Of a DNA stretch of 64,000 nucleotides, positions 47,097 to 55,927 are shown in pieces (positions within the stretch are counted from its first letter, which is position 1; the number at the start of each line of letters is the position of its first letter). Source of the stretch: an uncultured Chitinophagales bacterium (GTDB lineage: Bacteria > Bacteroidota > Rhodothermia > Balneolales > DATFMH01); assembly GCA_964572735.1 (NCBI GenBank), contig CAZNHE010000007.1, positions 7,492 through 71,491 on the forward strand, read 5' to 3'. A model generated the notes under the pieces. It saw only the letters and a list, made by a program, of their open reading frames with translations, was not told where the DNA came from and did no database searches. The position numbers and the translations under genes were made by a program.

Positions 47097-47113
47097 AGTT
47101 TTTCGGAAAAACT
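47097..47113. promoter_or_regulatory. Perfect 17-bp palindrome AGTTTTTCGGAAAAACT in divergent promoter region
   Basis: Read directly. It lies about 75 nt upstream of the ATG at 47189. An operator role is speculative. Confidence 0.25.
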
Positions 47114-47188
47114 ACCTGACGTGACAGTCTGCACGGCGCCGGCCGTTAATCACAGAGGCTAAATTAATCATTTAAAAGAGTAAAGACG

Positions 47189-47803
47189 ATGGAAACGACA
47201 TTGATCACTCCCCGGGTAATAGAAAACGGCATGACTTACAGGGAATACCGGGAATTAATAACAAATCTCCTTTCTCAGAATAAAACCACCGGAGAAAATC
47301 AGTCCGCTCAGCTGGTTGATTTTACCCGGCTGAATGATCAGCGTATGAGCCGGCTGGATAAGACTATCAAGCTGACGGAGGAAACCGCCCGTGTACTGCG
47401 GGATATCGGCCGGCGGCAAACCTGGCTGGTTCTTACCGAAGGCTGGTGCGGAGATGCCGCTCAAAACGTGCCGCTTATCGCAAAGATGGCCGAAGTAAAC
47501 GATAAGATCAATCTGAAATTTATTCTGCGCGATCAGCATACCGATATTATGGACGCCTATCTTACTAACGGCGGCCGGTCTATCCCGAAGTTGGTGGCCC
47601 TGGATGCCGATTCACTGGAAGAATTGTTTAACTGGGGACCAAGGCCCGGGCCGGCGCAGGAAATGATAATGGATTATAAAAAACATCCTGAAGGACGGGA
47701 GAGGAGCGAAGTATATCGGCAGGTCCATAAGTGGTATGCCGACGACAAGAGTCATACGGCGCAACAGGAAATCATCCGCCTGATCAGAGAGGGTGGACAG
47801 TAG
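47189..47803 (+). CDS. Thioredoxin-fold family protein (WCGD motif)
   Basis: TEGWCGDAAQNVP sits at the position of the thioredoxin CxxC motif, but only one Cys is present. About 200 aa, resembling Bacteroidota 'thioredoxin family protein' entries. Confidence 0.7.
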   Translation: METTLITPRVIENGMTYREYRELITNLLSQNKTTGENQSAQLVDFTRLNDQRMSRLDKTIKLTEETARVLRDIGRRQTWLVLTEGWCGDAAQNVPLIAKMAEVNDKINLKFILRDQHTDIMDAYLTNGGRSIPKLVALDADSLEELFNWGPRPGPAQEMIMDYKKHPEGRERSEVYRQVHKWYADDKSHTAQQEIIRLIREGGQ

Positions 47804-47833
47804 CCGGGATTTTCTCCCGGGAGCAGTTATTTT

Positions 47834-49096
47834 TCAGGTGGTATATTCGGCGTTTATGCGGATGTACTCATAACTGAGATCGGAACCCCAGCCTGTTGCA
47901 CCGGCGTCGCCGGCATGCAGATCAAGGATGATGTGAATTTGGGTGGCCTTCATCATCTGCTTGATACGGCTGAGATCGGCATTGGTAGGCATCCCGCCCT
48001 TGACGAGCTGTACCGATTTGTGAGTTTTCAGGAAGAGATCAATCTTTTCCTGGTCGAAATCGACTCCCGACCGTCCGGCGGCGGCAAGGATGCGCCCCCA
48101 GTTGGGATCGCGCCCGAATATGGCGGTTTTTACAAGGGCAGAAGTAGAAATGGTTTTTACAATCCGGCGGGCGGCTTCCCTGGAAGGTGCATTTTTTACC
48201 TGATATTCGATCAGTTTCGTCGATCCTTCACCGTCCGAAACGATCATCTTGGCCAGGGGCATGCATAATTTGAAGAGATGGTCTTTGAATACCTCATAGT
48301 CGTGATTTTCCTCCGCAATTTTCTTATTGCCTGCCAATCCGTTCGATAAAATGATAACCATGTCGTTGGTGGAAGTATCGCCATCCACCGTAATCATGTT
48401 GAAAGTATCATTGACAACCTCCCTGAGAGCTTTTTGCAGCAGTTCCTGTTCAATGGCGGCATCACAGGCGATAAAAGAAAGCATGGTCGCCATGTTGGGA
48501 TGAATCATGCCCGATCCCTTGGCAATTCCACCCATCCTGACAATCTTCCCGCCTACTTTAAACTCCAGATAGTTCTCCTTCTGAAAGGTGTCGGTAGTCA
48601 TAATGGCATTGGCCACCAGAGATCCGGCGATGTGACGGTTGCTTAATTTGGGAACATTGTCCCTGATCCCCTTGACGATCTTATCCACCGGAAACGTGCG
48701 CCCGATAACGCCTGTTGAAGATACAAGCACATCCTCGGTTTTGATCTCCAGTTCCTGAGCCATGGTTTTAGCCATAGCCAGGGCTCCCTGATAGCCCTTC
48801 GGTCCGGTGCAGGCATTGGCGTTGCCCGAGTTCACGACGATAGCCTGGGCGCGCCCGTCCTGGATGAAACGCCGGCTCAGCTTTACCGGCTCACCGACGA
48901 CCTTATTTTGTGTGAAGACAGCCGCAGCAGTGGCGGGTTTCTCTGAGAAGATGAGCGCCAGGTCACGTCGCTTCGATTTGACCCCGGTGTGTGCTCCCCA
49001 AAAGAAGAATCCTCGTACCGAGGCTATGTTTTTCATGACTTTTTCTGTCGCTGCTGCAGGTTTCACCAATCCAGAGTGATCTGTAATACGTACCAT
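47834..49096 (-). CDS. argJ: Bifunctional glutamate N-acetyltransferase / amino-acid acetyltransferase
   Basis: The ArgJ autoprocessing site HPNMATMLSFI is present, along with the overall ArgJ pattern. An alternative start at MKNIAS (49036) is possible. Confidence 0.9.
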   Translation of the reverse strand: MVRITDHSGLVKPAAATEKVMKNIASVRGFFFWGAHTGVKSKRRDLALIFSEKPATAAAVFTQNKVVGEPVKLSRRFIQDGRAQAIVVNSGNANACTGPKGYQGALAMAKTMAQELEIKTEDVLVSSTGVIGRTFPVDKIVKGIRDNVPKLSNRHIAGSLVANAIMTTDTFQKENYLEFKVGGKIVRMGGIAKGSGMIHPNMATMLSFIACDAAIEQELLQKALREVVNDTFNMITVDGDTSTNDMVIILSNGLAGNKKIAEENHDYEVFKDHLFKLCMPLAKMIVSDGEGSTKLIEYQVKNAPSREAARRIVKTISTSALVKTAIFGRDPNWGRILAAAGRSGVDFDQEKIDLFLKTHKSVQLVKGGMPTNADLSRIKQMMKATQIHIILDLHAGDAGATGWGSDLSYEYIRINAEYTT

Positions 49097-49103
49097 AATG
49101 CAA

Positions 49104-50156
49104 TCAGGGAGTGAGGGGTATGTGAAGGAGCCCGGTAGATTCGGGGAGCCCCAGGCGAAGATTCATGTTTTGAACAGCCTGGCCTGCTGCGCCTTTGACC
49201 AGATTATCGATGCAGGAAACCGTGATGACCGTATCGGTGCGTTTGTCATAAATGGCGTAGACGTCGACGAAATTGCTGCCCCGCACCTCCCGCGTTTCAG
49301 GCGGGTGGTTTCGTACACGCACGAATATCTCATTCTGATAATGTTTTCTGAGGATTTCCAGGGGCTCGTCTTCATTCATCGGCCGGGCCGGTTTTGAATA
49401 AGCGGTAGCCAGAATTCCCCGGTTGACCGGAAGCAGATGCGGAGTGAAAAGGACGTCGGCGACTTCCTTTTTTTCGTTTTTAGAGTGATTCAAAGCCATG
49501 CTGATTTCCGGGGTATGCCGGTGACCTCTGAGTCCGTATGCCAGGAAATTATCGCTGATCGACGGAAAATGGGTGCGTTCCTTTGCCTTTGCGCCTGCTC
49601 CGGTGACCCCTGATTTCGCATCTATAATGATGCCGTCGGACTTAATCGTCCCGGATTCGATCAAAGGATAGAGTGGAAATATTGCTGTTGTCGGGTAGCA
49701 TCCGGGATTGGCTATAAGATCGGCCCCGGCGATTTCATCCCGATAAAGCTCTGTAAGTCCATAGACGGCCGCAGGAACAAGCTCCGGCAACACATGCTTT
49801 TTCCCATACCATTCCTCATAAATCTGAGGAGAATCCAGGCGAAAATCACCTGACAGATCGATCACCGTGCATTGTTCATGAGCTTTGGTTTCCTTAAGAA
49901 ATCCCATCGAAACCCCATGCGGCAGGGCGAGGAATAAAATGTCCAGAGCGGAGGGATCAAGCCGGCTTACCGGCTGAAAAGCGAGATCAATCATCCCGCT
50001 TAGCTGAGGGAATTCCTCTGCCACCAATCGCCCGGCCAGTCGTTCGGAGGTTATGGAATGAATGGTGACGTTCGGATGATGGATTAAAAGACGCAGTAAT
50101 TCAGAACCCGTGTAGCCTGATGCTCCGGCGATTCCAATTGTATACTTATCTGGCAT
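49104..50156 (-). CDS. argC: N-acetyl-gamma-glutamyl-phosphate reductase
   Basis: GASGYTGSELLRLL NAD-binding motif and the NPGCYPT catalytic Cys block. Confidence 0.95.
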   Translation of the reverse strand: MPDKYTIGIAGASGYTGSELLRLLIHHPNVTIHSITSERLAGRLVAEEFPQLSGMIDLAFQPVSRLDPSALDILFLALPHGVSMGFLKETKAHEQCTVIDLSGDFRLDSPQIYEEWYGKKHVLPELVPAAVYGLTELYRDEIAGADLIANPGCYPTTAIFPLYPLIESGTIKSDGIIIDAKSGVTGAGAKAKERTHFPSISDNFLAYGLRGHRHTPEISMALNHSKNEKKEVADVLFTPHLLPVNRGILATAYSKPARPMNEDEPLEILRKHYQNEIFVRVRNHPPETREVRGSNFVDVYAIYDKRTDTVITVSCIDNLVKGAAGQAVQNMNLRLGLPESTGLLHIPLTP

Positions 50157-51342
50157 GTTGCAGAGCCTGTTCTTTCTTTATTGCGTGAAGCAGCGTTTCG
50201 ACGACGGTCTCCAGATCTTCCCGGCTGATCATGAGCGGAGGAACCAGGCGAATTACGTTTTCAGAGGTACAGTTAATCAGGATGCCTTCTTCCCGCATGG
50301 TATCGACAAGATGAGCGCCCGGGAAAGTCAGTTCGACCCCTATCATCAAACCCGATCCGCGGACTTCTCTGATGGCATTTTCTGTCTGTGCGGCTTCTTC
50401 TAACCGCCGTATCAGCCATGTGCCGTTTTCCGCGGCGCGGTCCATCAGATGGTCTTCCAGCAGAGCATCGATAGCGGCGAGTCCGGCGCGGCAGGCGAGG
50501 GGATTGCCGCCGAAGGTCGTTCCGTGCATTCCGTAGTCAAACCCGTGAGAGACTTCCTCTGTTGCAAGAAGAGCTCCGATCGGGAAGCCTCCGCCAAGGC
50601 CTTTGGCAAGCGTTACAATATCCGGCCTTACCCCGGAGTGCTCACACGCCAGAAAGGTTCCCGTACGTCCGAAGCCGCATTGAATCTCGTCGAAAACGAG
50701 TAAGGCGCCATAGTTGTCACAAAGATCACGGGCAGCCTGAAGGAATGATGTATCAGCGACATGGATTCCTCCTTCTCCCTGAACCGGCTCGATAAAGACC
50801 GCCAGCGTGTGCTCATCCACTGCCGATTCCAGCGCCCGGGCATCGTTAAAAGGAACCCGTACGAAACCTTCCGGAAGAGGCTGGAATCCTTCCTGATATT
50901 TTGCCTTTCCCATGGCGATGGCTCCGAGAGTGCGTCCGTGGAAGCATCCTTCCATAGCAATGATTTTCCCGGACTTATTGTTGCGATATTGATAACGGCG
51001 TACAAGCTTGAGAGCGCCCTCGATAGCCTCTGTACCGCTGTTACAGAAAAGAACCCGGTCGAGAGGGGTCAGGTCAACCAGCCGTTTTGCCAGCCACGCC
51101 TGTGGTTGTGTGGTATAGATATTCGATACGTGTATAAGCCTGCCGGCCTGGTCGCGTATCGCTTCAACTACCTTAGGGTGGCAATGTCCCACCGCGTTGA
51201 CGGCAATACCCCCCAGTGCATCTATATACCGGCGCCCGGTATCATCCCAGACATGAGCACCTTCGCCCCGCACCAGCGTAAGAGGCTGGCGCTTGTAAAG
51301 CCTGATGTGGTATGTCTGGTCGAGAGTCTGGACTTCATTCAT
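50146..51342 (-). CDS. argD: Acetylornithine aminotransferase (class III PLP aminotransferase)
   Basis: The class III blocks FCNSGTEA, DEIQCGFGRTG and TLAKGLGGG (PLP Lys) are present. It heads the argD-argC-argJ run. Confidence 0.85.
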   Translation of the reverse strand: MNEVQTLDQTYHIRLYKRQPLTLVRGEGAHVWDDTGRRYIDALGGIAVNAVGHCHPKVVEAIRDQAGRLIHVSNIYTTQPQAWLAKRLVDLTPLDRVLFCNSGTEAIEGALKLVRRYQYRNNKSGKIIAMEGCFHGRTLGAIAMGKAKYQEGFQPLPEGFVRVPFNDARALESAVDEHTLAVFIEPVQGEGGIHVADTSFLQAARDLCDNYGALLVFDEIQCGFGRTGTFLACEHSGVRPDIVTLAKGLGGGFPIGALLATEEVSHGFDYGMHGTTFGGNPLACRAGLAAIDALLEDHLMDRAAENGTWLIRRLEEAAQTENAIREVRGSGLMIGVELTFPGAHLVDTMREEGILINCTSENVIRLVPPLMISREDLETVVETLLHAIKKEQALQHAR

Positions 51343-51862
51343 CTGAATAAAAAATTATTGACTGATCACAATTCCCATTCGTTGTATGTTGAAATGATGC
51401 ATCCCATAAAGTTTCCGGCTCCGTCTCCCCTGAAATCAATAACCCATACCCACCGGATGTAACATAATAGGCCGCGATTCAATTTCCAGAGTCATACTTC
51501 CGCGAATGGTTCTGTATATATATCACCATGTCATCAATATCCAAAATAGCCGGATGTTGTATTGGCTTCACAGATCATCCGGTTTTTTTAAAGATGCCTG
51601 CGCCGGAGGCATTTATGTTTATCAGCATTCCAGCCGGTATCTGATGGATGCAACAAAATAAAGGTAACCTTTTTCAGGAAGCAAATAAATACACCAAAAA
51701 TCAATTCGGACGGGTGGCCAGCCGCTCCCCGTTTTTGATTCTTCCATCAGGCAGTTGCGAGCGTTCCCCTCTGACCCGCCTCCTTCTTGTTCGTTTTGTG
51801 AACGAAATCAGCAGGTTCCGTCTGTATACCCCGGTACGATCCACTTGTTCCGAAAAGACTTA

Positions 51863-52237
51863 CTACAGGCCGTTCTTCGGTTCTAATCTGACGGTTATTT
51901 TCTTGTTCTTCTTCTTTTTCCCGAAATCGATCTTCTTTTTATAGACCTTATACCCATTGGCACTTACTGTAAGCGTCTGATTCTTATGAGAGACTCCGGT
52001 AAGCGTGAACGTGCCGTCGTCGCCGGTGGTAACCGACGTTCGGGCACTTTCTATTTCCACGGTAGCGTTTGCGACGGGTTGACCGGTTTCTGCGTTCACG
52101 ACCAGACCCTTAATGGTATTACCCATGGTGTCTTTGACCTGGTCAAAGGGCGTTTGGGCATAACCGTCGGCAACGGCGAAGCTACCGACGAGTATTACCG
52201 CAAACAACGTACAAAAGTATGTGAATAAGCGTTTCAT
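51863..52237 (-). CDS. Small secreted CarboxypepD_reg-like beta-sandwich protein
   Basis: I chose the start at MKRLFTYFCTLFAVILVGSFAVADGYAQ (a signal peptide), preceded by AAGGAG. The domain pattern GLVVNAETGQPVANATVEI...TTGDDGTFTL...SANGYK is present. It is a paralog of 52410-52799. Confidence 0.65.
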   Translation of the reverse strand: MKRLFTYFCTLFAVILVGSFAVADGYAQTPFDQVKDTMGNTIKGLVVNAETGQPVANATVEIESARTSVTTGDDGTFTLTGVSHKNQTLTVSANGYKVYKKKIDFGKKKKNKKITVRLEPKNGL

Positions 52238-52339
52238 GTCTTCTCCTTTTCTGATGAAAGCCTGAAATGACATCTGACAGGTCCTTTTCCCGATGGAGGG
52301 AAAATATGCGGTGAGAATGAGGGGAGTCCTTCCGGACAT

Positions 52340-52373
52340 AAAAAAGGGCGCCGGATTCTCCACCCGTACACCC
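52340..52373 (-). terminator. Rho-independent terminator after 52410-52799
   Basis: The minus strand reads GGGTGTACGG-GTGGAGAAT-CCGGCGCCC followed by TTTTTT. The stem is 9 bp with one bulge and two G-U pairs. Confidence 0.55.
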
Positions 52374-52409
52374 TTTCTGTGATTGGCTAGTTTTGGAAGG
52401 TTGGTTTTT

Positions 52410-52799
52410 TTACTGTCCCTCAGGTTTCAACCTGATTGTTATCGTTTGGTTCTGCATTTTCTTCCCAAGGTCTATCTTCTTGCTATAGTCCTGGAATCCG
52501 TCGGCAGTTACGTTGAGCGTATGGCTGCCTTCACCACTTACACCGGTAAGGGTGAAGGTACCAGCGCTATCGGTTGTGTCCGATACCTGAGCTCCTTCTA
52601 CCTGAACGATGGCGTCTGCAACGGGCTGGCTGGTCTGGGCATTTATAACCACACCCCGGATAGCATTACCGGTAGTATCGTTGTTCATCATGCCGTTCAT
52701 TTGGTCATTGAGGCCCTGGGCATAGCTCCCGACAGCGGTAAGGCTGCCTACGAACATTACCACAAGCAATGCGCAAAAGTATACGGATAAGCGTTTCAT
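52410..52799 (-). CDS. Small secreted CarboxypepD_reg-like beta-sandwich protein
   Basis: Signal peptide MKRLSVYFCALLVVMFVGSLTAVGSYAQ and a strong AAGGAG 6 nt upstream. The domain pattern GVVINAQTSQPVADAIVQV...TDSAGTFTL...TADGF is present. Confidence 0.7.
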   Translation of the reverse strand: MKRLSVYFCALLVVMFVGSLTAVGSYAQGLNDQMNGMMNNDTTGNAIRGVVINAQTSQPVADAIVQVEGAQVSDTTDSAGTFTLTGVSGEGSHTLNVTADGFQDYSKKIDLGKKMQNQTITIRLKPEGQ

Positions 52800-53639
52800 G
52801 TTAGCTCCTTTTTTGGTTTTTTAACGAGAATTTATCGACAGGATAGTGATTTACTCTTGGCCGGAGAGACAAATATGTGGCGAAAATGAACTGCCTGTGG
52901 CGGAAGCACAGAATGTGTGATATAAAGATTAGGGTCGAAGAAACTATATACATTTATATCATACATATGAATATCATATCGTTCATTCATTATAAAGAGT
53001 CCGTGTCATTCATGAACATCTTTGGTAAACTCCTCTGTCATTGAAACGAAATGAAAATATAAGCTTCTCGTTAATTATACAAATCATTGTTATATTATAA
53101 TTTATTGTGTTAAATGACAGATGTGTAATTTTTAATGTCTTTACGGGCACTTTTTTTGTCGATTGATGCTTTACCATTTAGATAGGAAAGGTATAGAAGA
53201 GGAAAAGCAATAGAGATACAGGCGAAGGACAGACATCTTTGAGGTGAGGGTATAATAATTATATTATCACGTTAGGTTATATGATATATATGTATATATT
53301 TATGTGATTTTTATAATATAAACATCACTTAATAAGGATATGTTGGGGTCATGCCTTCCAAAGTAAGCTGGGTTGCTATATGGAATTCCAGTTCATCAGT
53401 AGGTAGTTATATTAAAGGTTATAAATGTGTGTATCGTTGTATTTTCGCATAAAAGATAACAGGACGTCCGGTGCCACGAAGGTTCCGCCGGTTTATGTGC
53501 GTGAGAATCTTCTTCAGGCGGGGGAGTGAAAGCGGGGCATCGGACAAGGGAACTCTTTCTTGTTTCAGGAAGAAAGAATAATTGTTATGATTATCTTCAA
53601 GGTGCGGCAGGCGAATCAACTCTATTGAGATTATAACCT

Positions 53640-54845
53640 ATGTCAGACACGGTCAGGGAAACATTTTATCGTCATATCGCTCAGACGAGTGATTATCCCA
53701 TGGGACTCCACATTGCCTTTGCAGAAGGGGCTTATTTGTTTACGAACGATGGGAAAAAGTACCTGGATTTGATATCGGGAATCGCGGTCAGCACTCTTGG
53801 CCATCGTCATCCGGCGGTACTCCGCGCCATCAGAGAGCAGCTGGATCATTATCTGCACGTGATGGTTTACGGGGAGTACGTCCAGGAGCCTCAGTCGCAA
53901 CTGGCCCGGCTGATTACTTCGTTTCTGCCCGGGTCCATGGATCGTATCTACTTTGTAAATAGCGGCACAGAAGCTAATGAAGGAGCACTTAAGCTCGCCC
54001 GGAAATACACCGGGAGGTCCGCGTTCGTCTCTTTTCGGAATAGTTATCATGGCGATACGATGGGCTCCCTGAGCGTGACCGGCAGGGAGATGTACCGTAA
54101 TCCGTTTGAGCCATTGTTGCCGGATGTTCGCTTTCTGCGATTTAATCGTTTTGAGGGCCTGGATGATGCGGTCGACGAGCAGACGGCGGCGGTTATTCTT
54201 GAACCCATCCAGGGGGAAGGAGGGATCATTCCGGCTGATCGCGAATGGCTGCAGCACGTGCGCCGGCTTTGTAGCCAAAAGGGCAGCCTGCTCATCTTTG
54301 ACGAGGTGCAGACAGGTTTTGGCAGAACAGGTCGTCTTTTTGCTTTTGAACATTACCAGGTGATTCCCGACATCCTGACCATGGCCAAGGCTATGGGAGG
54401 GGGGATGCCTCTCGGTGGAATCGTAAGCTCTTCTGAAATTTTTGCGGCCTTTCGCCGGGATCCGCCGCTTAGCCACGTGACCACGTTTGGCGGGCACCCG
54501 GTCAGTTGTGCGGCAGCCTGTGCTGCTCTGCGGGTGCTTACAGAGGAGGACTGGATCGCCCGGGCATCCCTGATTGAGGAAAAAGCACGTGACCTGCTGA
54601 AGGGTCCGGGTATAAAAGAAGTACGGGGTCGCGGCGCCATGCTGGGGCTGGAGCTTGAGAGTCACACTCTTACGCGGCAGGTGGTGGAACAGTGCCTTGA
54701 GCAGGGCATCATTTTAGGATGGACCCTTCATTCGGATACGCTGATTCGTATTGCCCCGCCGCTCATTATAGAGGAAGGTATTTTGGATGAGGCCTTTCGC
54801 ACGATAGCCGGCGTTGTTCAGGAACAACTGGAAAAGATCAGGTAA
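53640..54845 (+). CDS. Class III (aspartate aminotransferase family) PLP-dependent aminotransferase
   Basis: FVNSGTEANE, DEVQTGFGRTG and TMAKAMGGG blocks are present. It is a second paralog besides argD. The substrate is not assignable from sequence. Confidence 0.85.
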   Translation: MSDTVRETFYRHIAQTSDYPMGLHIAFAEGAYLFTNDGKKYLDLISGIAVSTLGHRHPAVLRAIREQLDHYLHVMVYGEYVQEPQSQLARLITSFLPGSMDRIYFVNSGTEANEGALKLARKYTGRSAFVSFRNSYHGDTMGSLSVTGREMYRNPFEPLLPDVRFLRFNRFEGLDDAVDEQTAAVILEPIQGEGGIIPADREWLQHVRRLCSQKGSLLIFDEVQTGFGRTGRLFAFEHYQVIPDILTMAKAMGGGMPLGGIVSSSEIFAAFRRDPPLSHVTTFGGHPVSCAAACAALRVLTEEDWIARASLIEEKARDLLKGPGIKEVRGRGAMLGLELESHTLTRQVVEQCLEQGIILGWTLHSDTLIRIAPPLIIEEGILDEAFRTIAGVVQEQLEKIR

Positions 54846-55770
54846 ACTCGTTCAGCGGCCGGTTTTTGTTTGCTCCTTTCAGGATCTTATGCGCCTGTTC
54901 ATGTGTTTCTTCCGGTTCCAGGTGTATGGTTACAACGGCATCGCCGTCGATCGCATCCATAATCCGGCGTTCGAGCAGGGTCGCATCGTCATGGGCGTTC
55001 CTCAATTTAATATCCCCATTGAACTCCAGGTGAAACTCAATCCAGCTTGTATTGCCCGTTGTACGGTGGCGCAGGTTATGATATCCTCTGATGTGCCCGG
55101 GCATCGAGTGATCGAGGATATCCCGGATCTTCTCATCCACTTCCTGATTTTTCCGGTCCATGATCCCGTCATAGGCATACCGTATCAGCCGGGATCCTAC
55201 GAACATGATATAAAAGGCGATCCCGAAACTTACGATGGCGTCGAGCAGGACCCACCCCGTCAGGCTGATGACAAAGAGCGTGACCGCAACCCCGCCGGTC
55301 GTCCATACATCAGTCAGCGTATGTTTTCCGTTGCTGGTCACCATCATATTTTTCTCCCTGCGCCCGGTCCGTATCAGATAAATACCCAGGATAGTATTCA
55401 TCACACCGGCCGTTCCCATTATAATAATCCCTGCCGTTATGTGTTGAATGACATATCCGTGAACGATATGGCTCACCGCTTCAACAAGAATCATGACCGC
55501 AGCAAGCACAATCACCGTACCTTCGATGCCAACCGTTAAAAACTCGATGCGCTCATGGCCGTACAGGTGTTTCTCGTCGGCAGGTTTCATACTGAGGGAA
55601 ACGCCGTACACGACAAACCCGACCGCAAGGATATGGACGATCGATTCCAGGGCATCTGACAGCACCATGTTTGAGCCGGTCAGAAAATATCCCGTCATCT
55701 TTATGGCGAGAGAGAACACCGAAACGCAAAAACTCGCAATCAGTGCTTTTTGACTCTTCGTATAGGTCAT
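54838..55770 (-). CDS. Cation diffusion facilitator family transporter
   Basis: A six-TM N-terminal domain with SDALESIVH and HLYGHERIE motifs, plus a C-terminal cytoplasmic metallochaperone-like domain. Confidence 0.9.
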   Translation of the reverse strand: MTYTKSQKALIASFCVSVFSLAIKMTGYFLTGSNMVLSDALESIVHILAVGFVVYGVSLSMKPADEKHLYGHERIEFLTVGIEGTVIVLAAVMILVEAVSHIVHGYVIQHITAGIIIMGTAGVMNTILGIYLIRTGRREKNMMVTSNGKHTLTDVWTTGGVAVTLFVISLTGWVLLDAIVSFGIAFYIMFVGSRLIRYAYDGIMDRKNQEVDEKIRDILDHSMPGHIRGYHNLRHRTTGNTSWIEFHLEFNGDIKLRNAHDDATLLERRIMDAIDGDAVVTIHLEPEETHEQAHKILKGANKNRPLNEFT

Positions 55771-55927
55771 ATTGCCGGATATCTGATGAGGAATTAACCG
55801 ATACTCGTTGAATAAAAACGAACAGTTGTGTCTTCTATTCCGTTTATAAGCGAACCGAACATATCAACCTCGTAATCAAGTACTTAAATTTCGAAAAAAC
55901 GTATCAATACAACAAAGGTATTACATT

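Noticed and set aside
51344-51358. TGAATAAAAAATTAT, directly upstream of argD, resembles an ARG box (TGAAT-W4-ATTCA).
   Set aside because: The central spacer is the wrong length, the right half-site is imperfect, and the sequence sits only 2 nt from the start codon. ArgR-site rules for this lineage are also unknown to me.
51648-51944. A 98-aa plus-strand ORF in the gap upstream of argD. A terminator-like ACGGG...CCCGT-TTTTT lies at about 51703-51735.
   Set aside because: The ORF translation looks non-protein-like and overlaps the 3' end of the minus-strand small secreted-protein gene. The hairpin is imperfect. This is not enough to call a gene or an sRNA.
53145-53160. A sigma-54-like promoter, GGCAC-N7-TTGT, in the AT-rich island. 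rpoN is encoded in this window.
   Set aside because: The spacing is right, but the highly conserved -12 GC is GT. The site also lies about 490 nt from the nearest plus-strand start. I found no better TGGCAC-N5-TTGC match in intergenic DNA.
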